Source: Lama guanicoe
Lineage: Eukaryota
Direction: 5' to 3'
Assembly (NCBI GenBank): GCA_013239625.1
Contig: MU053881.1
Coordinates: forward strand, 15,616,373-15,680,372
DNA length: 64,000 bases
Below, one piece after another: positions 35,204 to 48,609 of this stretch. Made by a program: the position numbers and the translations under genes. The notes beneath the pieces are model-generated. The model was given only the letters and a program-made list of their open reading frames with translations, was not told where the DNA came from and did not search any database. Each line of letters opens with the position of its first letter. Position 1 is the stretch's first letter.

Positions 35204-38200
35204 CCTGGTCAGCGCAGGTTTGGGGTTGGTCTGCAGAGACCGCTGGGCAGCTCCTGCAGACAAACAGTCACTGAAGATGCCGGAAGCTGCCAGATGGGCC
35301 AAGCACTTTTCCTGAGCTATCTGGGACCCCAATACCTGGTGGCAGCTGTACAGTTGCTCTGGTTGGTAAAATATTGAAATTCATCCCCACAGATTACCCA
35401 CCTGCACCTCCTCCAGGACCCCATATTGGCTCTGATGGTTGCCCAGGCCCTTCTGGGGTTCAATATTTACACAGAGAGCTGAGGCATGGTGATGCCTAGG
35501 TAAGCTCCCCAGATGCCATGTGCCTAGAATCCCTCCATCCAACCTGGTCTTCTTCCTGTCTGCCACCTCAGAGATGGCCCAGGAGCCTTCCTGAGGGAGA
35601 CAGAGCACGCCCTTTTTAGCCATTGAGAGCTGCTGGCATCCTTCCAGCATCCCTTTTCTCCCGCCCCACCCACCCCCCCTCTGGGGGGTGGCGCTCTGAG
35701 CTTCTGGGATTCTGCTATAACCATCATTTATTCTTCCTGACTATTTTTAAGGGTCCTGTGAGCTGAGCATGAGCCCTGGCTCTTCACAGACCCCTCAGGC
35801 CCAGCATGTCTCAAAGATATCTTCCTTGGTAAACTCCTATTCATCCTTTAAAACCCATCTCAAATTACTGTCTCTGAGAAGCCCTCTTTGATCCCTCAGG
35901 AAGAGTCCTGTTTTCCTTCTTGGCACCTCTAGCCCCACATCCTTCTCTGGCTCAGTCATGATTCCATGGGGGTATCTGAGTCTGACTTTTTCTTCCCAAG
36001 ATTGAGGGCTTCTTGAGGATCCTGGCACTTTCCAGCATGAGACAGACACATGAGGGAAGCAGGGAGTGTGCAAATGAATTTATGAATAAAAGTACATTCA
36101 TTAAGTTTCTCTCTGGCAAGCTCTTATTTATCCTTCAAAACCCTTCCTCTTAGAAGACTTCCTTTCCCATATCTAGGCAGAGCCCTTGGACTCCTGCCCA
36201 GATCCCTTTCACAGGTTTCCTTGGACTCCCTTAGTGTCCTTTTGTCTGGAAAAAGTGGTATCTGTGCTGTTTCCCAGCCTTAAATTTTAGGATCAATTTT
36301 CCAGTGCAGCATGAAAGTACCAGATTAGACCCAAGGCAGGACTTACCCATTCAGCAAACATTTATTGGCTTACCCCAGCGGGGTGCAGACTCTGGAGCCC
36401 AATTCCTGGATTTAAATCCTGACTCCATCACTCCCTGGTTGTGTGCCCTCCATACTCTGGGCCTCGGTTTCTTCAGCTTTAAAGGGGGCATCTGAACAAT
36501 CCCCAACTCACTAGGTTGTGCAGATGTGAAGGGAGCTCCCAGCACCTAGTACCTAGTGGGCATTCGATGACTGTTTATTGAATGAATATGTGAACTTCAG
36601 CACTTACCTTAGATTGCCTCAGGGTGTCCGTGCTGGTCTGAGGTCTCCTTGTTCTCCCCGCTGGTATCTGAAACATGGTGGGGCAGTCAGTGGATTCTGG
36701 TAGGCCCCTCCAGCTCGAAGCAACCCCACCCAGCTATTGTCAGGGAAGAAGAAAAGAGTAGCTTCCCATTTCAGCAAACTAGTGCTGCTGTTGGGGACGG
36801 GGCCTCCTTTGCTGATCCATGAGGCCATTTCCCCATCACTGTTTCTGCACACTGCTTGGCCAAGGCCTCCCCAGTTAGGCATCTCCAGGAAGCAGGGCTC
36901 AGATCCCACTCTACAAGTTCTGCTGTGTGAACTTGGGAAAGAAGCTTGACCTCTCTGAGCTTCAAAGTAAACTGAGAAGTAAGTCTATGTAAGAGTACTG
37001 TTGGGATTTTAACCTCAAACATACTAGGCATGGTCCTGCCTCAGGATCTTTGCACAGGTTGTCTCCTCTGCCTGCTTTCCCATATTTCCACACAACTCCC
37101 TCCTTCATCTGCATCCTGTCTTTGTTCAAATATCCCCTTCTCAGGGAGACCTCCTCAGGATACACCATCTCACTGGCAGCCCTGATCTCCAATCTTAGCC
37201 CACTTTTTCTTTCTTCCACAGCACTTTTCACCTCCTAAAATACATGATAGAACTTAAAAAATGGACTGTTTCTCATCCAACTTCCCCACCAGAACACGAG
37301 CTCCATGCAGTTATCTCCAGCCCCCAGAACTGTGCTTGGAGCAAAGTAGGTGCTCAATATATGCGTTGAATGAATGAATGAATGAATGAATGCTGGAATA
37401 TCACAGCATCTGAAAAACTACTGACTCTCAGAATGAATTTATACACTCATTCATTCAAGTCAATATTTATTGAGCTTCTGAGTGCCAGACACCTCCTGGG
37501 AGCTGGGGACACAGTGGCACACCGGCACGGGATACCTAAATGTCTCTGTCATGTTGGAACCCACACTCTTGAGGGGGAACAGACACTAAATGAAAATCTC
37601 AATGAAATGATGGGAGGAAACAAGGTCTGGTGGCAGGTGTGGATTTTGATGTCTGGTTGACATATTAAGCTGGGATACGAGTGGCATTGAGAAGCCACCA
37701 TGGCTGAGGTCCAGGGAAAAGATCCCAGGTGGGGGAAAGAGCAGATGCAAAGGCCCTGAAGTGGGACTGAGCTGGTGGAGCCTGAGCAGCTGGGGACCCT
37801 GCCTGCAGGCAGCACGGAGCCTGTCTTGTTGCTGTGGCGTCCCTGGCTGCCAGCCTGGTGGGGGTGGACACTTTCTGGAGGACTAAGAGACGCAAAAAGG
37901 CAAATCACAATCTTGAGAGGAGACCGAACTGACAAATGTGATGCAGGGATGAACAGACTCCTAGAAGGACATTTTCCTGAAGAGGGGCCCGAGTCCAGGG
38001 TGGACCACAAGAAGGCACATTCCCAGGCAAACCTGGCAGATCCTTGAGCTCTAAGGTTGGGAAAGAACTCATGAGCTGCCACAGAAAGACCAAGTCACCA
38101 AAAAGGAAATCAGATTAGAAGTGTCACAGGTGACACTCGTGGCCAGAGACCCACAGATGCTGGAAGGCAAGAGTGTTCCTGGCACCCCAACTCCTGGCCA

Positions 38201-38235
38201 AGGGACACTCTCATTAAGATCCTGTGAAAATTTAA

Positions 38236-38445
38236 GGGGAGGATATAGCTCAGTGGTGGTGTGCACAGTTAGCATGCATGAGGTCCTGGGTTCAATCCCC
38301 CGTACCTCCATTAAAATGAATAAATAAACCTAATTACCCACCTCCCAGAAGTAAACAAATAAGTAAAAATTTTAAAACGTTAAAAAATAAGTTTAAAAAG
38401 TGAAACCTTTAAAAAAAAAAGTACTTTGCAAAAAAGAAAAGAATT
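38236..38445 (+). mobile_element. tRNA-derived SINE with target-site duplication
   Basis: ggggaggatatagctcagtgg...ggttcaatcccc; TSD tgtgaaaattta at 38223-38234 and 38446-38457. Confidence 0.9.
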
Positions 38446-38499
38446 TGTGAAAATTTAGAGGGTGATTCACCCCCAATCCCCTCTGAAGTTAAGGGTCTG

Positions 38500-38732
38500 A
38501 ATCAGTTTTCAGTCAGGAGTTATTCTGCTCCCAAGGGATAGCAGTGTCTGCAGACATTTTTGGCTGTACATGATTTGGGCAGAGTGGAGATATGGGACTG
38601 CTAATGGCAGCATCGAGTGTGTGGAGGCCAGGGATGCAGCTTAAATTAACATCCTAAATGTCACAGGATAACCCCACCACAGAGGATGACCCAGCCCCAA
38701 ATGCTACATTGTCAAGATTGAGAAATCCTGGT
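38500..38732. mobile_element. MER20-like hAT-Charlie DNA transposon
   Basis: gacatttttggctg...ggaggccagggatgcagct...acatcct...cccagccccaaatg...ttgagaaatcctg. Confidence 0.7.
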
Positions 38733-41595
38733 TTAAACAAATACAGAAACCGGAATAGAGAACTCAGAAGGAGGAAGGATCAGAAGAAGATCAGGGACTG
38801 AACAAAGAAGCTTGATACAGGTTTAGATAAATTCATCCTATGGAGCATTTATGAGATTTATTATTGTTTATTTCTATATTACTTCTCTATTTAGGAAACA
38901 TTTATTAAATAATAGGACATCAAAGCTAAATGGCCAAGGATCAGTTTGCTGGGAATGTGTTTGTTAGTTCCAAACAAGAGCTCCAAAACAAAGCTATCTC
39001 AGCAAACAGGAAATTTACAACCCAGCCCAACCTGGGCACTGGGGAGGAAGACGGTGTGAGAAGAGGTAAAATGACTAACCAGCTCATATTACTAAAATCA
39101 GGGTGTCTGGGGTGGCCATTTGGTCTTAAATAATTCCATTAATGCCTGCTCTTTTCCTTGCATTTTCCTTCTTGTTTATTTGTAAGAACTCTTTGCATAT
39201 GGAATGCCTGCTCTTTGTTGGCTACCTGCATTCCTGACTTCTTGCCAGGGCTCTGGTTTCTCTAAATGGAAGGATCTCACAGCAACTCCACCCTCCCAGC
39301 CCCCATGAGGTTCCTGACTGGGGTCTGAGAGCTTAAATATTGGGAGGCAGGGTGGTGATGGAAGCTCACTTCTCCCCCATCTACCAGACTTCTATGAAAG
39401 CATCCAAGATCCCTTTCCCTTTTCTATCCACCAAGGCCCCCGCTAACTCAGGGCCCCTTAAAACTTCAAGCAGGAAATGTCCCCAAACTCACAAGATCCC
39501 ACAACCACACTAGTATAAGAAAGAATCTTTGGGTCCCACTTTCAGCCAGGCTGAGAGAACTGGGGATTCACTGGTCCGGGAAACCTTGCTGGGTGCCTCA
39601 GAGGGCTGCACCCCAGGTAGTCACCAACCTCTCCTTACAGGCCTTACCGTCTGAAGGGACTGGGACCCCATGCCTACTGTGGGAGAGGCTGGGGCTTAAG
39701 CGCTTGGCTTCGCCAGGGAGGGGATGCCTCTTGGCATTACTTCCTCCAAGCAACTGTGCAGCAACTCTGAGGCCTTTGCTGGTGGAGCTGGGTGGTTGAT
39801 GAGAAGTTCTTCTTAGGCCTGCTTCTGATTCCCTGACCCCCACCCAAGATTCTGCCCTCTCCCTTCCCTAGTTCTCATTGTAAAATGGAACTACTGGGCT
39901 TGTGTAAGTCCAAATAGCTGCTCACTCTGAAGTTTGCAGAGTCTGAATAACTCTGGGGGAATCTCCACCTCCATTTTACAGATGAGGAGGTAGAGTTCAG
40001 AGAGTGGTCCCCAAAGTGACCGAGAGGCTGTCTCTCATTACCATAGAAACCCACATTGTCTCCAAATCCTTCAACCTGGAGAAGCGTCTCAGCGGCTCTT
40101 ATCCCAAAACACACATATGAAAACTTTTCACTCATTCACTCAATCATTCAATCATTCATTCAACAAACAGGTTCTGGAGAAACTGAGAAGCCTCAATCCT
40201 GAGCCTGGCCCCCTAGAAGCCCTCAGTCTGGGGGAGACAAATCCAGACACCTGTGTGATCAGGGCTAGGCCAGAAGAAGACACAAGGATATTGAAGCTGA
40301 GGCTTTGAAGAATGCATATGAGTTTACCAAGGGGAGTTCAGGTAGAGAAGAGAGCAAATACAAAAGCAAGGAAGGGGAGTGGAAAGCAAGAGAGAGAAAG
40401 AAAACAAAGCCTATCCAAGGAATTGTGTGTAGTTTATTTTGCTGAAAAGCAGAATTTGGAGAGGGAGTGAGTTCTGAGGCTAGGGGGGTGGGGCCAGGCA
40501 CTGTAAAGGCCTTGAACGCCAGACTGAGAAGTGGGGCTGTTTTCTGGGGGAAAGAGGGAGCCATGAAGGGTGTGGGAGCAGGGAGTAGAGAAGTCAGATT
40601 CCTTGTCGAATGTTCTGTCTTTGCTCTGAGTTAACCTTGGTGGGTTACTTCTCCTTGAGAGTCTGTTTCCTCTCAAGACGTGGAAGTGCTGAGAACACTC
40701 CCCTCCCTGCACACACACTCAATGGGTCACTTCTGACTGAGCAACAAAGGGTTTGTCATGCACTGACTATGCAGCGACAACCTTGGTGACCTTAACTCAT
40801 TATCCTTTGGTGCCATCAGAGCCCCCACTTACAGAAAAGAATATTGAGGTTCAGCATAAAGCAGGATTGGAACCCCAAACTCCAATGGGTGGGGTCTGTC
40901 CACCCCCTAGTTTTCCACGATACAGAGTTGCGGGAGATTCCCCACCTGGACATCAGAGCCTTCCAGAATCTGCCACAAGGAACCATACACTAAACATCTG
41001 ATGAAGGACAGAGAACCCCAGGGCCCAGGCTGGCCATCACTGCCCTGCTGGGCCATCCTGGGGTGAGGTGGGGTGGGGGAGATTGGTGAGTAAATCTACA
41101 AACATGCACGAATCCAACTGTTTAACCTGTTGCACTGACTCATGGGTCATAGAGTATTTACTGAGCACTTACTGGGGATGCAGCCATGGCCAAACCAGCC
41201 CCTCCCTTATGATAGTAATACATGATGTAATGATTAGTTTAGTAGCAACTGTGATAAATGCTGTTGAAGAAGGAGAGATCTGTGGCAGAGGAGGGACCTG
41301 ACTGGCCTGGGGACATCCTGAAGGATGACAGGAAGTCACCTGAGCAGAGTCTTGGGGGAAGGGCGTCCTAGGCAGAGGGCACACTAAGTGCAAAGGCCCT
41401 AAGGCGGGTATTGAAGGGAGAGGAGGTGGTGTGGCTGGAGCAGAGGAAGAGGAGAGAGATGATGCCAGGGTTGCCAGATGATGCCAGGGAGAGGATTGGG
41501 AAATGGGGCAGACCATGAATAAGCTCTTATGTTGCAGGTGAGGAGCAATAAGGAGCTATGGAGAGTGTGTGAGCAGGGACAAGATTGATTTACGC

Positions 41596-41742
41596 TTTTT
41601 TTATTTTCAATTTTTTGGTTTGTTTTCAGGGGAGGGGATAATTAAGTTTATTTATTCATTTATTTTAATAGAGGTACTGGGGATTGAACCCAGGACCTCA
41701 TGCATGCTAGGCATGCACTCTACCACTGAGCTATACCCTCCC
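41596..41742 (-). mobile_element. tRNA-derived SINE
   Basis: Near-consensus copy flanked by tgattta(c/t)gctttt duplication. Confidence 0.9.
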
Positions 41743-42904
41743 TGACCCCTGATTTATGCTTTTAAGAAGTCCTCTGTGGTCATGGAAGGGGAAAGGATAA
41801 TCAAGGCAGGAGTAGGGGCCAGGGCAGAGATAGGCAGAAGAATTTCGGGGCCTGGATAGGAGCTGGCTAGCGAAGGGCAGGAACATGGGTGAGTTCAGCA
41901 AATAGGTTGAAGGAAGTCATCCATGTTTACAGCCTGGATGTGGGGGATGGAGTAGGATGGACCAGGGAGAACAGAATGTGAGATGTCACTGAGCCTTTCA
42001 CATGGGGACGTTATGGGGTAGCAAGTGACCTAACTGTGGTGTCTGGGTCTGGCAGGTAAACCAGGAAGGCCCATCAGGCATTTGATGGACGAGCACATCC
42101 ATATATCGCTTGCACCTGGCAGGGCTTCCTCTGCATTCCTCCTTACCGACCATAGTGCCACTATGTCATAGCAGTGACATCTGGGCTGACTCTCAGGGCC
42201 CCTCACCCTGCACCCTGCAATACCAGCCAATCCTGTTCCGGGCTGTTTGCCCTCCATGCACTGTTGCAATTTCATTACTCAGTGCCTGTTTCCTCCAGTA
42301 CACACAACAAAGCCACTTGTTTTCATTGGCTAAGACTGAAGAGCCTCCCCCTGGGGTTTGCTCAACTTCCTTCTCCCCCAGCCTCAATGACCTCTGCCCC
42401 CTCTTCTCCACTCCAGTCACACCAGCCTCTTCACAGGTACTTTAAACCCCCAGGCTCAGCCCTGCCACAGGGCCTTTGCACCTGCCATTCCATCCACCTG
42501 GGATGCCTTTCCCTCCTGCTCCTCCCTCTGGTTTTCCTTGATCATCAGGCCTCATCTCCTTAGAGGCCCCAATCTCACAGCTAAAACACCCCACCCAGGC
42601 TCTGCTATCCTCTGCTACTCCTACCACCATTGGACAAATCTCACTTCTCTCCTGTCCATCTTCCCCACCAGCCTAGAGCCCCAGAGGCGGGGCCCAGCGT
42701 CTTGTCCCCGACAGCTGTGTGGCCAGGTGACACTCACTGCTGTTTATTGCACAAGGGGAAAATGCTAATAATGACTCACATATTGGCTATTTCCTTATGC
42801 CTCACATCAGCGGCCACTGTTCCCTACCTGGAACCTTGTGGGCCTTGGAGGATGACGGTGATTCAGTCCTGATAAGGCAGAAAGCACATCCGTGGAGCCA
42901 AGAG

Positions 42905-43295
42905 GCATAGAATATTCTTGGTTCCACATATCCCTAATGTGCTAAAGAGCCAGATATTCACAGCACTGAAATATTCATGATGCATTTAATGAGCAAGAAG
43001 CGCTAAATGTTAGTGAAGTGCTAAATATTAATGATCTGCTAAATATGCAGGAGGTATTCAGTATTTATAATGTATGAAATAGTTGTAAGGCAACAATTAA
43101 TAGTTGCAAGGCACATCTGTGATGCATGAATGAATGTTAACATTATCATGATGAATGTGATATGAACAAGCCACTAAACAGCCCTGAAGCATCAATAGAC
43201 ATGGTCACTGAATATTCATGATTTATTGCATATACACACATTACTAAACATTAATACATCATTGAATATTAATGAGACACTAGATGTACAGAAGG
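42905..43295. repeat. Degenerate 18-bp-period AT-rich tandem array
   Basis: Units in 18-nt register at 43002, 43020, 43038, 43056, 43074 and again at 43207, 43225, 43243, 43261, 43279; consensus approx RCTAAATATTAATGANNN. Confidence 0.7.
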
Positions 43296-46054
43296 GGCTG
43301 ACCACTTAGCAGAATTAATAAGGGACCCTGCCTGCTGGTGACAGTGCTCTGGTCCCCCATCCTCTACCTACAGCCCCAAGGGACAGCCAAGGCCTGGTAA
43401 GGCCCCAGGCATGTATGGCTCCAGGCATCTCTGTCCTCCTCATCTTGTTCTTGTCACTGTCCCTTGGGAGGCCAGGAAGGCAGAGAGGCTGAGACACATG
43501 GGGAAGTGAGACTGTCACACAGTCCAGATGGCAAGGCTCCGCCTGCTAGCACCCTTGGGGCCTGGACCAGAACCCCGCTACTGCCCTGCACTAGTCCACA
43601 CACAGTGGGAGCCCACCTGACACTGACTTGGAAGCCTCTGTCACATGATTCCCCATGTGACACCCTCAATTTCCAGATGAGGAAACTGAGGCTTGGAGAG
43701 GGTGAATCCTGGGTCCCTCTCCAGGCCTGTCAGACACACACCCACCTCCCCATCTCCCAACCACAGCCTCGGGGACCCACACGCCTGGGTGCCCCACAAC
43801 CAGCCCAGCCGCTGGAACTCAGTTTCCGAATTCAGAAAATGAGAGCTCATTCCCCACTTCACCCTGCAGCCTTCAGGACAGAGAGAGATGATGGCCTGGG
43901 GGAAGGAAATCCTGGCTACTGACCATCCGCCAACTCAGGGCAGGTAGCTGGGCTCCTATCCCCTCGCCTCAGCATTCTCGTCTGCAAAGCCGGCTGGTGT
44001 CAGCTGCTCACGGTTCACCGCCCCCCTGGTGCTAGATATCAGCTCCACTGCAGTCTTCAGTGCTCCTCCATGCCTCACCTACACTCAGCTGGGCTGTGGA
44101 TGGGGATGGGGGCACGGAATATTCTGGGGCTGCCAAAAAGCAAGGCGAGGGGTAGGGGGTGACAGGAGAACCTCATTTGTGTGCATAATGGCCCAAGCCC
44201 TTGGAAAGGCTAGAGGACCATGCGGTGGCCTCCTCTCCAAGTCACAGATGTATGAAGCACCGCCAATGACGACCAGCAGTTACTGTTAACCACTCGCACA
44301 CCTGCAACTGCTATGCGCTGAGCGTCTGGTTTGTGCCATGCCTTGATCTAGGTTCTGGGCACCCAGCCAAGATGATAGAGGGAAACCACAGTGGAGCTGA
44401 TGGGCTCGTGCAGGACAGAGGCAGCAAATAAGCCAGTTTTCACCAGAGAAGGGCAAGTTCTGGGGTTGGAGATTCAACGACAAGGGAGAGTCGAGAGAGT
44501 GTGAACCACTGGCCTGCGGACGAGCCCCTGTGACTCTTACTGAGCCTCTCAAGGAGGCCCCCGGGTCCAGTTCCCAGGTGGGAAAGGTAGGCACAGGGAG
44601 GGAGCCCACCTACCAGGGAACAGGTGGCTGGGATTTGAGCCCTGAGCAGCTGGACTGGAGAGTGATCCCTCACCAGTTCACACCGGCTTGCCCCTTTTTA
44701 TGAGGAGCATGAGGTACGTACGTAAACAGGGAAAGAAAAGAAGGAAAAGTCCAATAAAGATAATTTCTTAGAAGGGCTTATTATCGGCTGAACCTCCTTT
44801 AGTAAAACGATGTGTGCAAAAAGATTTTATGCAAACATACACCCAACATTTGCTTCAGTGAACCCCTGGGCGTGGAAGAAGTGTTGGGGATGGGGGAAGG
44901 GTAACACACTCCTTTTAGACCCTCAAGTCCTCAGTTTCCAGGTCCCAGGGCTCGTACTGGATGACTCACTGGATGAGCCGAGCTTTCCCCACTGCAGAAA
45001 CTTCCGAGGTCTGGGATGGGTCCAGGAAGGGATCTAGGGCTGGACATAGACCCCTGATTAAATGCCAGCCTGGCCACAGCTGAGCCTCAAAGGGCATCTC
45101 TTTCCTAGATGGGGAAATGAAGGCCGGGGGAGGCAGGCTGTGCATCACAGTTCAGCCTTGGACTCTTCCCGTGATCCTGGGCTGACTCAGGAAATTGGAC
45201 CTCTGGGAAGCTCCTGGAGGACACCCATAACTTCAGCCTGGTCAGGCCTTGTGCCACATTATTTTCTCTCATGCAAAGAGAAACCTCACTAATGACACCC
45301 AACGAGTCATGTAATCAAGATTAGAGTTAACACACCAGGTCATGTACAACCTTTCTACTAAGAGCTTACTTACACTCCACACTTGCAGAAACTGAGAGGT
45401 AGGGCTGTTTGCCTCATTGTTATGGCTAGGTAAACAGGCACACAGAGGCCAAGGAACTCATTCAAGAAAGGTCAAGTGGGAGCCCAATTCCTGCCTTTAA
45501 CTACCCCCTTGGTGGGACCCCCTTCAGTTCGCCATGTTGGTAGTGAATTACCCATCATGGGGGTGGGCAATCAAGTGGAGCCAGACTCCCATCAGGCAGA
45601 GGGACCACAACGGGCATCCTTCCTGGCTCATAAGGAGTAGCGGGCAAGTTGTTGCCCACTCTGGGCCTCAGAGGCCAGTAGCAGGAAAAGATGATACTCG
45701 GTGATGGGTCCCTGGGCCAAGCCAGCATGTCTAGAAATTCCTCAGGCTCTGGTCTGGAGCAGAGAAGGTTCAAGGTCCCTCCTTGGTTCCCCCACACCCA
45801 GAGTACCTTGCAGGAATCAATCTCCTCACCCTGGGTGTGAGGGAGAGGGAAAGGGAGGGTGTCCAGTCTGGGCTGGGCAAACATGAGCTGTCACCTAGGC
45901 AGCTAAGAGAGGGAGGCCCAGTGACTTGACGCAGCGGCCACACCTCTTCCTCTGAATTCTTCAGCCTGGTGTGGTGGTCACCTTGGGAACTGACAGGGCA
46001 GCCAGAAGTGGTGGCACCCTATTTAAAAAAACAACTTTTTTTTAAGGAAAAATG

Positions 46055-46142
46055 AGGTGAGGGATATAGCTCAGTTGGTAGAGTGCATGGTAGCATGCAC
46101 AAGGTACTTGGTTCGATCCCCAGTACCTCCATTAAAAAGAAA
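46055..46142 (+). mobile_element. tRNA-derived SINE
   Basis: gggatatagctcagttggtagagtgcatggtagcatgcacaaggtacttggttcgatccccagtacctcc. Confidence 0.85.
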
Positions 46143-46839
46143 AGAAGTGGTGGTCCCAGGGTCAGCCTCAAAACCAGAGAACTCCCTCTAGGCCCTCAAT
46201 CCCAGATCTGAGTGACAGGAGGCCCTGCCTGGGGCAAGGGCAGGGAAGGGGAGAGGAAGTGGGTCCTCAATTTTCCCATCTGCAGAGTGGCCATGAAAAA
46301 ACAAATCTGACTCAGAGGGAAAGTTGGTCCAGAACCTGGGAAGGTGGCTAATGATGTAATTGTAATAATAATTATTATTAATATAATTAAGGTGATGGCA
46401 GACATTCTGTGGGCCCAAGTGAGTGAACGTCTGACATTTCACTTTCATCACAATTCCATACCATGAAGTCCATTTGACACATAACAAAACTGAAGCTCAG
46501 AGACCTAAAGCCACTTGCTTGAGGTTCCCCAGGGGCCAGAAGTGTCCCATCATAAAAGCTTTCACTGGCTAACACCTCAGACATTCTCACAAAAGCCAAG
46601 TCATTGTCCTCCCTCACAGAGGGGAAACTGAGGTGCATTCAGAGACCAGGAGCAACCAGAAGCAAGCCACACAGCCAGGCAATGGCTGAGCAGGAATCAG
46701 AATCCCAGGGGAACCCGTGAGCTGGGGTCCCCAGGCCAGACCCTGGCCCAGCCCCTGGCAGGGCTGGGGGTCAGCGGTGGTCCCCTCAAGAAACAATAAT
46801 AAACCCAACCTGAGAACCCGGCTGCTGTTCCCAGACTCT

Positions 46840-47660
46840 GCCAATCGGCGCGCTAACAATCTCAAAGAGAACAGTAACAGTAATGGCCGGTGCAGACCAA
46901 GTGCCCTCCGCTCCTCAGTTCAGATCCCACCCTATCCTGGGAGAAGGGAGGGAGGCGGGGGTCCAGGGTCCTTCACTGTGTCCACGGCTGCAACGGGACA
47001 GTGCCCGGGATCAGAGATGCCACAGCCCCAGGTGGCCTCGGTCTCCTCCCATTACCCAGGCGTGAGTGACCGAGCGCACCTTGGGATGCTGGCGACTACT
47101 ATTACCGACAGGTGAGGGCGACGGAGTTACTGAGACCAGGGGCTCCAGGATCTCCCGGCCTCTTCAGGGTAAACGCGGCGGAGACCCGACCCAAGGGACC
47201 TACCAAGGCTTCGCTAGAGCCCCGACTCCCCCACCCCACAACAGGGTTCCGCCAGATCCTCACGGGCTCCCAGTACTCACCCTCAGGCAATTTTCCAGCC
47301 TTTGACCCCTTATACCTAACTCCTCTTGGCTCGCGAGCAGGAGGAAGAGTTTCACCTGAGCTCGAGCCCCCGCCCTTCCCGGCTTTGCTTCTTCCGCCCG
47401 CCCGCGTTCCCTCCCTCCCGCCGGGCCCCCGACTCGCCGCTGTGCCGAGTTTCTCGGGCTCTCCCGCCGGCCCCTCCCTTCTTCCTTCCCCGGCCCCGCC
47501 CCTTCCCCCTCGGGCCAGGTCGCGCCCCAGCGGACCGCTTCCACCCTCCCCTGCCTTTGTCCGGGCTCAGAACCACACCCGGGTCCCGCCCACTCTAGAG
47601 AGTGAGCTCCCCGCGGCTAGAGGTGTGCAAGTATCTCCTTCCTAACCCTGGCCCAGGGCC
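46840..47660 (-). promoter_or_regulatory. B3GNT3: CpG island: probable B3GNT3 promoter and non-coding exon 1
   Basis: CpG- and GC-box-rich. Minus-strand donors CAG|GTGAAA (exon end 47356) and AGG|GTGAGT (exon end 47281). Lies upstream of the exon 2 acceptor at 35253 and downstream of the FCHO1 3' end. Confidence 0.65.
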
Positions 47661-48609
47661 CCGTGCAGGGTTGGTCCAACGTGCGTTCCATGAAGACTGA
47701 CAAGTTGGGCAGGGAGGCAGGTTGAACCCAGGGGCTCTTCAGGTCTTCAGGGAGTTCGAATATTCCAGAACCTGAAAATCTGTGCAGAGCCCCCAGAAAT
47801 CCGGATGCCGTGGGCTGGCATTCGGAAAGTTGCAAGTCAGATTTGAAGATTGTTGGGGTTGGGGTTGGTGAAGATTCGAACCCGGTCAGGTCCGGGCTGC
47901 GTCTGAGTCTCTAGAAGTTTCTAGTTTTAACATGTTAGGGTCCGGAGCTCTGGGGTGGGCCGGGAGAGCCAGGTCCACAGGTGTGAGCCAAGTAATTGTT
48001 CAAGCCATGCCGTGCTTCCTCCCCCATCCCAATTTCTTCCCAAGGAGGAAAAGGGGCAGAACCTGGCTGTGCTTCAGTTTCCTCTTCTGCAAAGTGAAAG
48101 AATGAAGCCCCTGGCTTCTCTGGTTGGCAGAGATCTGGGGAGCAAGTTCAACTCTGAGTGTGTTTAAAGGGCAAAGACATTAAATGTCTGCATCAAATGG
48201 GGGCCCTCAGGCCTGAGAGGCGCTGTGCAGACGTCCGTGAACTTTGGAGTCCACTGAGGTCTTCTGGGTTTTAAGTTCCTCTTTTCCCCCCCGGGGCCCC
48301 CTAGGGTTTCCTGAGTTATGGGTCTCCCAAAGGAGCGGCAATCAAACGCTGTATCTGGTTGCTATGGCCCCACCCATTGGGTTGGCTTCAGGAAAGGGCC
48401 ACTTCCTGTGTCACTACCCCTCTTCCCACAAAAGTGAGCAGGCCCTAATCCCGAGCTCAGGGTGGAGGAAGCATCTGGGGGACACTGGATGGCCCTGCTT
48501 GCAATGTGGAAACTGAGGTCCAATGGGTCAAAATTTCCAATCTCCAGAGTGACTCAAAGAGCTTCCAGGACAGATTTTGGAGATCAAGGGCCTGGGATCA
48601 ATCCAGACT

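Noticed and set aside
35204..35332. N-terminal extension of B3GNT3 in the ORF track
   Set aside because: Non-ATG start upstream of the splice acceptor at 35253; the ATG at 35203 fits a type II membrane protein.
36601..36610. Perfect minus-strand donor AAG|GTAAGTG in B3GNT3 intron 1
   Set aside because: Could be an alternative 5'UTR exon, but an isolated 10-mer without acceptor or promoter evidence is insufficient.
42905..43295. CRISPR-like or coding interpretation of the periodic array
   Set aside because: Mammalian intron, no identical repeats with unique spacers, and no ORF of 60 aa or more in the track over this region.
46055..46130. tRNA-like sequences with A and B boxes, here and at about 14 other sites
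   Set aside because: Many diverged copies with A-rich tails and target-site duplications: SINEs, not tRNA genes.
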